From Snowella sp. (lineage in GTDB: Bacteria > Cyanobacteriota > Cyanobacteriia > Cyanobacteriales > Microcystaceae): DNA of 64,000 nucleotides. The stretch is taken from assembly GCA_035285545.1 (NCBI GenBank), contig JAYKGY010000094.1, forward strand, positions 1 to 64,000, read 5' to 3'. How positions within the stretch are numbered: position 1 is the first letter of the stretch; the number at the start of each line of letters is the position of its first letter. This document shows, piece by piece, positions 19,146 to 28,397 of the stretch. The notes beneath the pieces are model-generated. The model searched no databases. It was not told where the DNA came from and was given only the letters and a program-made list of their open reading frames with translations. Made by a program: the position numbers and the translations under genes.

Positions 19146-19670
19146 TTAATTGAACGAGGGAGACTGAAAATTTTTCTGATATTTTGCCATGTCCTGAAAA
19201 GGCAAAAAACACCGATGGCACCAACCATCAACCCATAACGAAGGAATCTTAAATCTTGCCCCACAGTTGGGACATTCCGATAACAACGTTAATTTGTGGC
19301 GATCGCAACCCTGCGTTTCCTTAAATTGCCATTCAATCTTGTGGCATGGCGACTCTACATAACAAGCCGCACACAATCGAATTGGCTCCATTTTCATCCC
19401 TATTCCAGCAGGAGGGCACATCTGCTCTAACCTATCGGTATCGACCCCTACAAGCTCAGCCAATGCCTCTAGTTGCTGCCGAGACGGAGGGGGATTAAAT
19501 CGAAATTTTTCCCATCGCGCGATCGCGCCCCCCAGTTTGGTTAACTGGCCCATCATGCTCACTGTTAATTCATTTTCCCTGCGAAATCGTCCTAAAAAAT
19601 GGCTAATGCTTTCCCCCGATAATGGCTCAACCAAAAACCACCAAGCTTGAATCTCTTGAATTTCCATCAT
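19146..19670 (-). CDS. tniQ: TniQ
   Basis: EPLSGESISHFLGRFRREN, RWEKFRFNP, Zn-finger Cys clusters CAAC/CPNC/CHRC. Confidence 0.95.
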   Translation of the reverse strand: MMEIQEIQAWWFLVEPLSGESISHFLGRFRRENELTVSMMGQLTKLGGAIARWEKFRFNPPPSRQQLEALAELVGVDTDRLEQMCPPAGIGMKMEPIRLCAACYVESPCHKIEWQFKETQGCDRHKLTLLSECPNCGARFKIPSLWVDGWCHRCFLPFQDMAKYQKNFQSPSFN

Positions 19671-20503
19671 TTATACTCTTCTGCAACTGCCTCAAGGGTT
19701 TCCAAATCTACCTTATGTAACCCCTTTTTCAAAGCTTGGATCGCGGCCTCTCGTAAAATCATATCGAGCAAACCAATATAGCCACCTGTTGCCGTTCTCA
19801 AAATGTCCAACATCTCCTTACTGGCTAAATTTGAAGCACCTGGCAACATAAATACTTTACGCTCCCAAATATCGACAGTTTGAACAAAATCATTACCAGA
19901 TAACTTACCAAAACGATGACAAGCCCGAAAACGGTTGTAGACCTGCTCATCTCTTTTAATCACTGTGTCTAAACGATCAGTTCCCACCAACACAACTGCA
20001 ATATTCAACTTATCAAAAAAATCTCTTACTTCAGCGAAGGTTTTTGCTTTTAACCGATCAGCTTCGTCAATAATCAACATTTCAACCCCACAGCGTTGCA
20101 GAACGTTAAACGCCCTTTGACGGAATTCTGTAACCGTTCCCTTTGTCATTTGATACTTTAGATGATCGATGATTGTCCAAAATAAATCTTTAGCCCCACA
20201 TTCTTGAGGAATTTGAATATAAACAACAGGGACAATGGGAGGCTTTCCTAATTCTTGAATGGGCTTGTGTCTTAATCGATAAGCATTGCACGCAATCGTT
20301 TTCCCAGTACGAGATTCTCCTACTACACGGCAAGATTGCCTCGCTTGACGTTTTCCTTCCAGCCAATTATGCAATGCTTCCACATGAGAAAGAGTAACAA
20401 TCATCTTTCGATTTAATCGTTGAATTTCATCCTGTAATTTATCGGGAGTCAATTGGAGCTGTCCCAGTTTTTCGGCGACAGCTTGTGCGTCTTGAATTGT
20501 CAT
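19667..20503 (-). CDS. tnsC: TnsC AAA+ ATPase
   Basis: Walker A GESRTGKT, Walker B LIIDEAD, DEQVYNRF. Confidence 0.95.
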   Translation of the reverse strand: MTIQDAQAVAEKLGQLQLTPDKLQDEIQRLNRKMIVTLSHVEALHNWLEGKRQARQSCRVVGESRTGKTIACNAYRLRHKPIQELGKPPIVPVVYIQIPQECGAKDLFWTIIDHLKYQMTKGTVTEFRQRAFNVLQRCGVEMLIIDEADRLKAKTFAEVRDFFDKLNIAVVLVGTDRLDTVIKRDEQVYNRFRACHRFGKLSGNDFVQTVDIWERKVFMLPGASNLASKEMLDILRTATGGYIGLLDMILREAAIQALKKGLHKVDLETLEAVAEEYK

Positions 20504-20506
20504 AAT

Positions 20507-22216
20507 TTAAAATCCGTAATCTTCTTGTAATGCTTCATAGTCGAAAACTTGAACTTTAGATAACTCAGACGAAGAAGAAGAGGGTCGTAAATCGTCCTCT
20601 TCGCGTTCTCCTACATTTGTTTTAATTGGTTGTGACGAAAGCGTTTGTTGTTCCTCCTTATGTCGTTCCTTTTTAGATTTTTTCGCCTTCGGAAACGTTT
20701 GACGATCTTTAATTTCCGACAAAATAGACCGATTGTTGACAGATTTTCCCGCTTCTCGTACCCGTTTACTACTCGCTTTTGCTTCATCTAAAGACATTTG
20801 TTCCGCCTCCAAATCCAACGCATAGGCACGAGACAAAAAAACTTCCTTATTGCTTTCACGTTGATAAATCAGAAGCATAGTAATGTCTCTAGGATCAAAA
20901 CGTAAAATAACGGTCTCTCCCGCGTAACCTGCGAGATTTTCCCCCCGATACATCAAATTCTCAAACTGGATATATCCCCCACGTTGGATTCTACGTTGGG
21001 TCTGTTTCATTAAACAAATATCTAATTCTCGTTCAGAAATGACATCAGGAGCAACAATTAAACCTGCATCCCAACGCTGAAAACGAGTTTGATCGCCCAT
21101 TCTGGCATCGATTCGTTGATTATAGTTGTCCACAATATAACGTACCAGCTTTTTCTCTAACTCTCTCAGTGTTAAGCAGGCTTCTTTCTCGGCCTCTTCT
21201 GGGCGATCCTGAACATTTCCTGCCGTATAACCTGGGAGAGTGGAAAAAAATTCCGTGTTAAAGGTATTAAAAGGACGTTCGACGATTCCTCCCTCGCTGG
21301 GACGGTCTCGTAAATGACAAACAAATCCTAACTGAACAGAAATTTGTTGAAGATGATTAGAACGAAAATCTTTACCTCCATCAGTGTAAAAATGCTCTGG
21401 CTTACCGTAAGTTGCCCATTCTTCATGTAATTGGTATTCACTACTGTAATTCTTCGGTAACATGGCATGACGCAATGCCAACGCAACCACTGTAGAACTT
21501 GGAGCATCGAAACCTAGATGAATCCCTATAATGCAACGGGAATAGGAGTCAATCACCGTTGTTAGCCAAGGACGAGCCAGTATTTCTCCATATTTATCAA
21601 CCAATAATATATCGGCACGAGTATGGTCACACTGCCAAACGTGATTGCTATATTCAACCGATAAATCAAGTACTGCGCGAGTCTTGACAGATAGTTGTGT
21701 CCCTTTCCATCCTGGGCTTCTGATACTTTTCTTTTTTTCTTGTTTTTCAATTAAAGGGTCTAGGACTCGATAAACGGTCATGTGGGATGGAGGCTCAATT
21801 CCCGATGCTAATGCAATCGCCTTTATTTTGAAAAAGACTTGTTTAGGAGTGATTCTACGGCTCCCTTTATTTCCTTCTTCATAGGTTTTGATAATGAGAT
21901 TTTGCAATTTTTCATCAATTCTAAAAGTCCCTTTATCTATCCGTTCAGATTGAATTAGTCCTTCTAACCCCTTCTCTTCCCATTTTTTAACTAACCGTTG
22001 CACTGTTCGCTTGGATACGTTAAGCTTTTCAGCCGCCTCTAACAACCGTTGCCCATAAGTTCGGCGATCGCAGGGTTCTAAAAGCTTTTGAATTATTTCC
22101 AGCTTAAGTTTTGCATCATCGGGCAATTCAGAGACAATGACGCTCTCTTCACTAAACTCATCATTAGAATGATGAATAGATGCTTGCTGAGCAGTAGTTA
22201 ATTCCTGTCCTCTCAT
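20507..22216 (-). CDS. tnsB: TnsB Mu-like DDE transposase
   Basis: VWQCDHT, YTDGGKDF, GGIVERPF catalytic triad; N-terminal HTH. Confidence 0.95.
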   Translation of the reverse strand: MRGQELTTAQQASIHHSNDEFSEESVIVSELPDDAKLKLEIIQKLLEPCDRRTYGQRLLEAAEKLNVSKRTVQRLVKKWEEKGLEGLIQSERIDKGTFRIDEKLQNLIIKTYEEGNKGSRRITPKQVFFKIKAIALASGIEPPSHMTVYRVLDPLIEKQEKKKSIRSPGWKGTQLSVKTRAVLDLSVEYSNHVWQCDHTRADILLVDKYGEILARPWLTTVIDSYSRCIIGIHLGFDAPSSTVVALALRHAMLPKNYSSEYQLHEEWATYGKPEHFYTDGGKDFRSNHLQQISVQLGFVCHLRDRPSEGGIVERPFNTFNTEFFSTLPGYTAGNVQDRPEEAEKEACLTLRELEKKLVRYIVDNYNQRIDARMGDQTRFQRWDAGLIVAPDVISERELDICLMKQTQRRIQRGGYIQFENLMYRGENLAGYAGETVILRFDPRDITMLLIYQRESNKEVFLSRAYALDLEAEQMSLDEAKASSKRVREAGKSVNNRSILSEIKDRQTFPKAKKSKKERHKEEQQTLSSQPIKTNVGEREEDDLRPSSSSSELSKVQVFDYEALQEDYGF

Positions 22217-22276
22217 AAAACAAGCCTGTTTAATAAAACAATTATGTATCTATAACGTTAACACTTTTTTATTTAA

Positions 22277-22514
22277 GTGACAACTAATTTGTGAAGACAG
22301 GCAAATATCAAAAAAAAGTGCCATTCTAGAAAATGACACTTAATTTGTTAAAGGTCTGGAAAATGACATCTAATTTGTTACTGAACTCAGTAGTCATTTA
22401 ATTGTTAGAAATGCAGAAAAATAACCCTCTAATGCTTGCTGTACAAAGGTTATAAGGATTAGCAGCTTCGGCGACACGAACTTGTTACAATGACAAATAA
22501 TTAGTTACTGTACA
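22277..22514 (-). repeat. CAST right end with about five TnsB binding sites
   Basis: GACA-N-AA(T/C)TTGT-type repeats near 22279, 22334, 22364, 22473, 22491; terminal TGTACA at 22509-22514. Confidence 0.9.
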
Positions 22515-22563
22515 GAATTGTTCCGAGGCAATTGATCTGGCAACTTTTGCCGTTGGGGATGAA

Positions 22564-23043
22564 TTAATGATCAGGCTCTAGATCGGGTATTTCGGCTTCA
22601 ATTAAATAGCTTGCCCATTGTGTTTCCCCATTTTGACCGTTTTTAACTTCCCGTTCTAATAAACGCCAGGTTTTTCCTTCAGCCTGTCGTTGCAAATAAA
22701 TTTCAAAGGGGTTTTTCTTCTGGGTAACGGTTTGACGGGGTAGGGTAAGCGTTACATGATAGGTTCCCTGAAGATGGTAGGCGGGTAACTCACTAATCAC
22801 AATGGGTTCAAGGGTGTTGACTTGAATTTGCTTGAGGTCGATCTTGGGTAACGTTGCTTTCAATTGTTGGCTCAGACGGGTTTGAGTATGCTCTAGTTGC
22901 AGCGCGATCGCTTTTTGGACAATATCGCCATCGGGGGCAAATTCCAACGGAGCCGTTTTAGCTTGGCAGGCTGTCAAGACCACCACTAACAGCAAAGTGA
23001 CACAAAGACGAAAACAATAAGCCATCATTATCGACAAGAGCAA
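22564..23043 (-). CDS. Hypothetical lipoprotein
   Basis: Hydrophobic N-terminus ending in lipobox-like LTAC; true start probably at a downstream ATG. Confidence 0.65.
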   Translation of the reverse strand: MLLSIMMAYCFRLCVTLLLVVVLTACQAKTAPLEFAPDGDIVQKAIALQLEHTQTRLSQQLKATLPKIDLKQIQVNTLEPIVISELPAYHLQGTYHVTLTLPRQTVTQKKNPFEIYLQRQAEGKTWRLLEREVKNGQNGETQWASYLIEAEIPDLEPDH

Positions 23044-23117
23044 TGAATTAACGCTTTATCTATTTTCCCTTGAACCGTCAGCAGAAACTTAGATTGAATA
23101 TTAATTTTTTCGACTAG

Positions 23118-23339
23118 TTACAAACCAATTTGTTCTTTATTTCTGGCTTTGGCTGAAGATTTTAACCAAATAGAGCCGGAGATGAGGGAAGGCGCGATCG
23201 CGAAAATGGTGGCCAAAATGATAGGATGGTGTCTTGCTTCGGGGAAAGAAAACATAACAGCCAAAATGAAAGCACAATACAGCAGTCCCAAAATAGGAAC
23301 TCCTGCAACCAATAAAGCAAATTTTGTATCTTTGTCCAT
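23118..23339 (-). CDS. Small membrane protein with two TM helices
   Basis: 73 aa, two hydrophobic segments, GGAG upstream of the ATG. Confidence 0.65.
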   Translation of the reverse strand: MDKDTKFALLVAGVPILGLLYCAFILAVMFSFPEARHHPIILATIFAIAPSLISGSIWLKSSAKARNKEQIGL

Positions 23340-23713
23340 TATTTAACTCCCTAGATTGGGTCAGTTAGGGATAAAAAAATCATTTGATTTAATATTAACT
23401 TGGCAAGAAAATCAATGAACAAAAACCATTATGATTTTAACGATTCTTGATAAAGTCACTATTTCCTAATACTTCTCATTTGAAGAAGAAGTCAATATAT
23501 TTCATGCTAAAATAATTTGAGAAAAATGGATAATTCCGTAACTTAAACTAGATTGATCAGGTCTTCAATAAGCAAAAACCGTTTTGATAAATATTTATCA
23601 TCAAATTAATAAGAAATATTACTCGAATTTAATTCAAGTTTACGCCCCCAAATTTTATTCCCTACCGTCTAAGTGGTAAAATCAGCACAGTCTAAACCTC
23701 TGCGTCGCGCTCC

Positions 23714-24556
23714 ATGAAAAAACTGATTGAAGGGATACAACGTTTTAAATCGGGCTATTTTCAGGCTCACCGAGATTTATTTGAACAGCTTTCCCACGGG
23801 CAGTATCCTCGTATTCTTTTTATTACCTGTTCCGATTCTCGTATTGATCCCAATTTAATCACGCAGACTGACGTTGGCGAATTGTTTGTGATTCGGAATG
23901 CGGGTAATATTATTCCCCCCTATGGGGCAGCGAATGGTGGCGAAGGGGCTTCTATCGAGTATGCGATCGCGGCTTTAAATATTCAACAGGTGATTGTCTG
24001 TGCCCATTCCCACTGTGGAGCCATGAAGGGATTGCTCAAGCTCAATAGCCTGCAAGAAGGAATGCCTCTCGTTTATGATTGGCTGAAACATGCAGAAGCG
24101 ACCCGCCGATTGGTCAAAGAGAATTATCCTAACTTAGAAGGGGAAGAATTGTTAGCCATTACCACCGCAGAAAATGTGCTGACCCAATTAGAAAATTTAC
24201 AAACCTATCCGGTGATTCGTTCCCGCTTACATCAGGGAAAAATGTTTTTAAACGGTTGGATCTATCAAATCGAGACGGGAGAAGTGTTGGCTTATGATCC
24301 TGCGCTCCACGATTTTGTTCCTCCTCAAAGTGTGCTCACCCTACCGGAACCCGAATATAATCTCCATCCAAGCTGTAATATTTTTGGTCAAAACTGCTTT
24401 ATGGAACCCCATCTCGATTCCAATGGCAATGGGAAAGTTCCGACAGCCACCCATGCTTCTAGTGGACAACATGCAGTTTCTACGCCTTCTTCCTTACCGG
24501 GTTATGATCATCTGTCCTTGGAGCAAGCAGAACGGATTTATCGGGGATCTCGCTAA
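23714..24556 (+). CDS. ccaA: Beta-carbonic anhydrase (carboxysomal CcaA/IcfA-like)
   Basis: CSDSR and HSHCGAM Zn ligands; C-terminal extension ending EQAERIYRGSR. Confidence 0.9.
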   Translation: MKKLIEGIQRFKSGYFQAHRDLFEQLSHGQYPRILFITCSDSRIDPNLITQTDVGELFVIRNAGNIIPPYGAANGGEGASIEYAIAALNIQQVIVCAHSHCGAMKGLLKLNSLQEGMPLVYDWLKHAEATRRLVKENYPNLEGEELLAITTAENVLTQLENLQTYPVIRSRLHQGKMFLNGWIYQIETGEVLAYDPALHDFVPPQSVLTLPEPEYNLHPSCNIFGQNCFMEPHLDSNGNGKVPTATHASSGQHAVSTPSSLPGYDHLSLEQAERIYRGSR

Positions 24557-24847
24557 ATAAAAGCACGTAAAGATGCGATCGCGCGACAGTAGATTTTTTC
24601 TTTTTGGCAATCTCCCATCAAGCGTTTACTCAATGATCTCCATTGGTCAGGAAGAATCCTTCAAAAATTTTGTTTATTTTTGTTAATAAATTCTCATAAA
24701 AGGTTACAATCTACATCGTTGCTCGTTGGCATTGTTGGATTTTTCTTCCTTTTTGTTTTCTAAGAGGCGATCGCTAGGAAATCCTGGAGACGATCCCAGA
24801 ATTTGTCCTGGCGTTGTCTGATAGATTCCGAAAGCTAAGACCAATGG

Positions 24848-25978
24848 ATGAGGAAAATAGTAACCCAAACAAAGTCAAGCATCTTAAATTTCAACGATTT
24901 TGGTATTTTTGTGCAATTAAATACTCGTCCTGATCAGATTACGTTTTCTTCTACGGCACGGTCTCATGAGCTACCGTTTACCCTACAAGACCTCAAAGCT
25001 GCGATTCCGGCTGAATGTTTTGAACCCTCTACCTTTAAGTCTTTAGCTTATTTTTTTCTTGATATTGGTCTGATTGCGGGATTGTACGCGATCGCGGCTT
25101 ATTGGGATTCCTGGTATTTTTACCCCATTTTCTGGTTAATGCAGGGAACTTTGTTTTGGTCGCTGTTTGTGGTCGGTCATGATTGCGGTCACGGGTCTTT
25201 TTCTAAATCAAAATGGCTTAACAATTTGATCGGGCATCTGTCCCATATTCCCATTTTGGTTCCCTATCACGGTTGGCGGATCAGTCATCGTACCCACCAT
25301 GCCAACACAGGTAATATCGACACCGATGAAAGTTGGTATCCCGTCACGGAAAGTAAATATAACGAAATGACCTGGTATGAAAAATTATTTCGGTTTTACT
25401 TGCCCCTGTTAGCCTATCCTTTGTATTTATTTAAGCGATCGCCGAATCGCCAAGGCTCCCACTTTTTACCCAGCAGTGACCTCTTTCGTCCCTCAGAAAA
25501 ATGGGATGTGATCACCAGTTCCGTACTTTGGCTAGCAATGGTCGGCTTTTTAGGCTTTTTAACCTATCAATTTGGTTGGTTATTTCTGGTCAAATTCTAT
25601 TTAGTTCCCTACGTTATTTTTGTAATTTGGCTCGATTTAGTCACCTTTTTACACCATTCCGAGCCTGACATTCCTTGGTATCGTGGCAATGACTGGTATT
25701 TCCTCAAAGGAGCCTTATCCACGATTGATCGAGACTATGGTTTTATCAATTCCATTCATCATAATATTGGAACCCATGTGGCTCACCATATTTTCCTGAA
25801 TATGCCCCACTATCACCTTAAAACGGCAACCGAAGCGATTAAACCAATTTTAGGTGACTATTATCGCTATTCTAATGAGCCGATTTGGAAAAGCTTTTTC
25901 ACGTCCTATTGGGCTTGCCATTTTGTCTCCGATCAGGGTTCTCCGGTAATTTATCAAGCGGCTCCCCATCGTAAATAA
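24848..25978 (+). CDS. desB: Omega-3 fatty acid desaturase (alternative start GTG 24911)
   Basis: His boxes HDCGH, HRTHH, HVAHH; PFTLQDLKAAIP. Confidence 0.92.
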   Translation: MRKIVTQTKSSILNFNDFGIFVQLNTRPDQITFSSTARSHELPFTLQDLKAAIPAECFEPSTFKSLAYFFLDIGLIAGLYAIAAYWDSWYFYPIFWLMQGTLFWSLFVVGHDCGHGSFSKSKWLNNLIGHLSHIPILVPYHGWRISHRTHHANTGNIDTDESWYPVTESKYNEMTWYEKLFRFYLPLLAYPLYLFKRSPNRQGSHFLPSSDLFRPSEKWDVITSSVLWLAMVGFLGFLTYQFGWLFLVKFYLVPYVIFVIWLDLVTFLHHSEPDIPWYRGNDWYFLKGALSTIDRDYGFINSIHHNIGTHVAHHIFLNMPHYHLKTATEAIKPILGDYYRYSNEPIWKSFFTSYWACHFVSDQGSPVIYQAAPHRK

Positions 25979-26180
25979 TGCGGCGATCGCAGTAAGATTT
26001 TTTGTTGATCTTCAGACAAAACTTTAAATTACCAAAAACCGAGTTGTCCTGATATCAATCCACTATTTAAACATAGCCTTAGTTTTTTTAAGAAGGAGAA
26101 TTTAAGATTTGTGTCTAAAGACACGCTTAAAGGCTTCTTCTTTTTATTGTAGGTAATATTCCTACTAGGTTTGGTTTGCT

Positions 26181-27428
26181 ATGTTTGTCAAGCTTCGCCG
26201 TCTGATTAGCCAATTTTTTAATAAATCAAGCACTATTAATAATGAGCCGTTAAATAAAGTTAGCTTAATTGTTATTATCTTAATTGATATTTTTATTCTA
26301 ATTAATGTTTTTAATGGACTTAATGATATTAGTAATTGGCATTTAAATCCCAATGAGCAATATCCTTGCTATAGCGAATGGAACAATTTTCAAAAACAAT
26401 CAATTCTTGACAAAGAATATCGTATTATTCGTTCTGTGCTATCCGATAGAGAATTTAAACAGTTTAGTTTACCTAAAAGCAATCAACTCATCCCAAAAAG
26501 CCGATTAGGTCAGGTTAATGAGGTTTGTCTTCGTTATGCAACTTACCGAAAGCGTGTTAACAATAGGAATAATCAGAAAATTGCGAACAATATTGACGGA
26601 AAACAACAGCAAATTAATCAGTTAACCCAAGCCAATCAAACCCTACGTTCCCAATACGATTCAACTCTCTTAGAAAAAATTGCAGGGCAACCCCAAAATA
26701 AATCCATTAATCAAGTAACTGCCGAAAAAACCAAAGAACAATTGGCAGAAAATGATCGTCGCATTATTGCTTTAAAAGACGAAATTAATGATCTTAAGAA
26801 GGATTTACTAACCCCTACTAGTAGCCTACAATTTCTAAATTTTTTAAACAATAAAACACAGTTTGAGCCGGTCAATAGGGGTTATCAAAAGGCCGTTTTT
26901 TGGTATCCAACGATTCAATTTGCTTTTCAATCTCTTTTCTTATTGCCTCTTATTTTTGTTGGGCTATCCATTCACAGATTTGCCCAGCGTAAAAATTATG
27001 GCTTAATCTCACTCATCAGTTGGCATTTGCTGGTTATCTTTTTGATTCCGCTAATCCTTAAGGTTTTTGAGTTTCTGCAATTTGGGGTAATTTTTGATTT
27101 TCTGATTAAGATTATTCAAACCATTTTTGGTGGTTTGCTCTTTTTAATTAGCTACCTCTATATTTTACTGATTCCCTTAATTGGTTTTGGGATTATCAAA
27201 TTTTTTCAAACCTTTATTTTTAATCCTAAAGGGCAAGCAACCAAACGATTTCAACAATCCCGTTGTTTACGCTGTGCCAAACGAATTCGTCCCCAAGATG
27301 CCCATTGTCCCCACTGTGGCTACCATCAATATACCTATTGTGCCCATTGCCATAAACCCACCTATAAACATTTATCCTATTGTAAACACTGCGGTTCTGC
27401 CCAAGACATTCATGATTTTATTCAATAA
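26181..27428 (+). CDS. Membrane protein with coiled coil and C-terminal double zinc ribbon
   Basis: Several TM segments; CLRC, CPHC, CAHC, CKHC. Confidence 0.7.
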   Translation: MFVKLRRLISQFFNKSSTINNEPLNKVSLIVIILIDIFILINVFNGLNDISNWHLNPNEQYPCYSEWNNFQKQSILDKEYRIIRSVLSDREFKQFSLPKSNQLIPKSRLGQVNEVCLRYATYRKRVNNRNNQKIANNIDGKQQQINQLTQANQTLRSQYDSTLLEKIAGQPQNKSINQVTAEKTKEQLAENDRRIIALKDEINDLKKDLLTPTSSLQFLNFLNNKTQFEPVNRGYQKAVFWYPTIQFAFQSLFLLPLIFVGLSIHRFAQRKNYGLISLISWHLLVIFLIPLILKVFEFLQFGVIFDFLIKIIQTIFGGLLFLISYLYILLIPLIGFGIIKFFQTFIFNPKGQATKRFQQSRCLRCAKRIRPQDAHCPHCGYHQYTYCAHCHKPTYKHLSYCKHCGSAQDIHDFIQ

Positions 27429-27508
27429 AATTCAGTTAAAATTCGGTTTTTGATCGAATATTCTGGTGTTAAAATAATGAAAAATACGTTGATTTCGGGA
27501 TGTAGTTT

Positions 27509-28384
27509 ATGAAGCGAAGACTTTTAAAGTTTGGAATTTTGGGATTACTTTGTGCTTTGTTATTAGCAGGACTCAACTATCAAGTACTTGCCCAACGTTC
27601 TCCTGATCTCACTCAACAAACCTGGGAACTCCATCAGCACGATTTCCCTCTTGCGTCTCCTCAATTAGAATTAGCAGCTAATGCCAAGGTTAAGGGAAAA
27701 TGGGTTACCTACGGAACGCTCGATAATCAGCCCTTAAAAGGTTATCTTGCCCGTCCTGCTGGAGCTAAAGCCGATTTACCCGGATTATTAGTGTTTCATG
27801 AATGGTGGGGCTTAAACGACAATATCCAGAAAATGACAGAAAAATTAGCAGCAGAGGGTTATACCGCCTTAGCCTTAGATTTATATGGCGGTCAGGTTGC
27901 TGAGAGTCCCGAAAAAGCGAGAGCCTTAATGCAAGCAGCCATCGGGAATCAACGGAGCTTTGATAGTCACGTTAAGCAAGCTTACCAATATTTAAGCACC
28001 CAGAAAAAGGCGAGCAAAATTGGAACTATTGGCTGGTGTTTTGGGGGAACGTCTTCTTTAAATGCAGCCTTATTGTTACCGCAAAAAATTGATGCGACAG
28101 TGATTTATTATGGCTCAGGAATTGAAACGAATCCGGATCGTTTAAAAACCTTAACGATGCCAATTTTAGGGATTTTTGGGGAATTAGATCAGAGCATTCC
28201 AATGGAGAAAATTAAGCAATTTGAATCGGCCTTAAAAGCAACGGATAAAAAGGTAGAAATTTATGTTTATCCCAATGCGGATCATGCTTTTGCCAATCCA
28301 TCCGGCACTCGATATAATCAGACTGCTGCTGAGCAAGCTTGGTCAAAAACAACGGCTTTTTTAAAGCAATATTTAGCCCCATGA
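27509..28384 (+). CDS. Dienelactone hydrolase family protein with signal peptide
   Basis: HEWWGLN, GWCFGG nucleophile motif, HAFAN. Confidence 0.88.
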   Translation: MKRRLLKFGILGLLCALLLAGLNYQVLAQRSPDLTQQTWELHQHDFPLASPQLELAANAKVKGKWVTYGTLDNQPLKGYLARPAGAKADLPGLLVFHEWWGLNDNIQKMTEKLAAEGYTALALDLYGGQVAESPEKARALMQAAIGNQRSFDSHVKQAYQYLSTQKKASKIGTIGWCFGGTSSLNAALLLPQKIDATVIYYGSGIETNPDRLKTLTMPILGIFGELDQSIPMEKIKQFESALKATDKKVEIYVYPNADHAFANPSGTRYNQTAAEQAWSKTTAFLKQYLAP

Positions 28385-28397
28385 AATCTTACAAAAT

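Larger units (their letters stand above)
1000..22514. mobile_element. Type V-K CRISPR-associated transposon (CAST), about 21.5 kb
   Basis: TGTACA termini with TnsB-site arrays at both ends; cas12k, tracrRNA, array, merR, tnsB/tnsC/tniQ present, no tnsA; inserted downstream of a tRNA. Confidence 0.95.
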
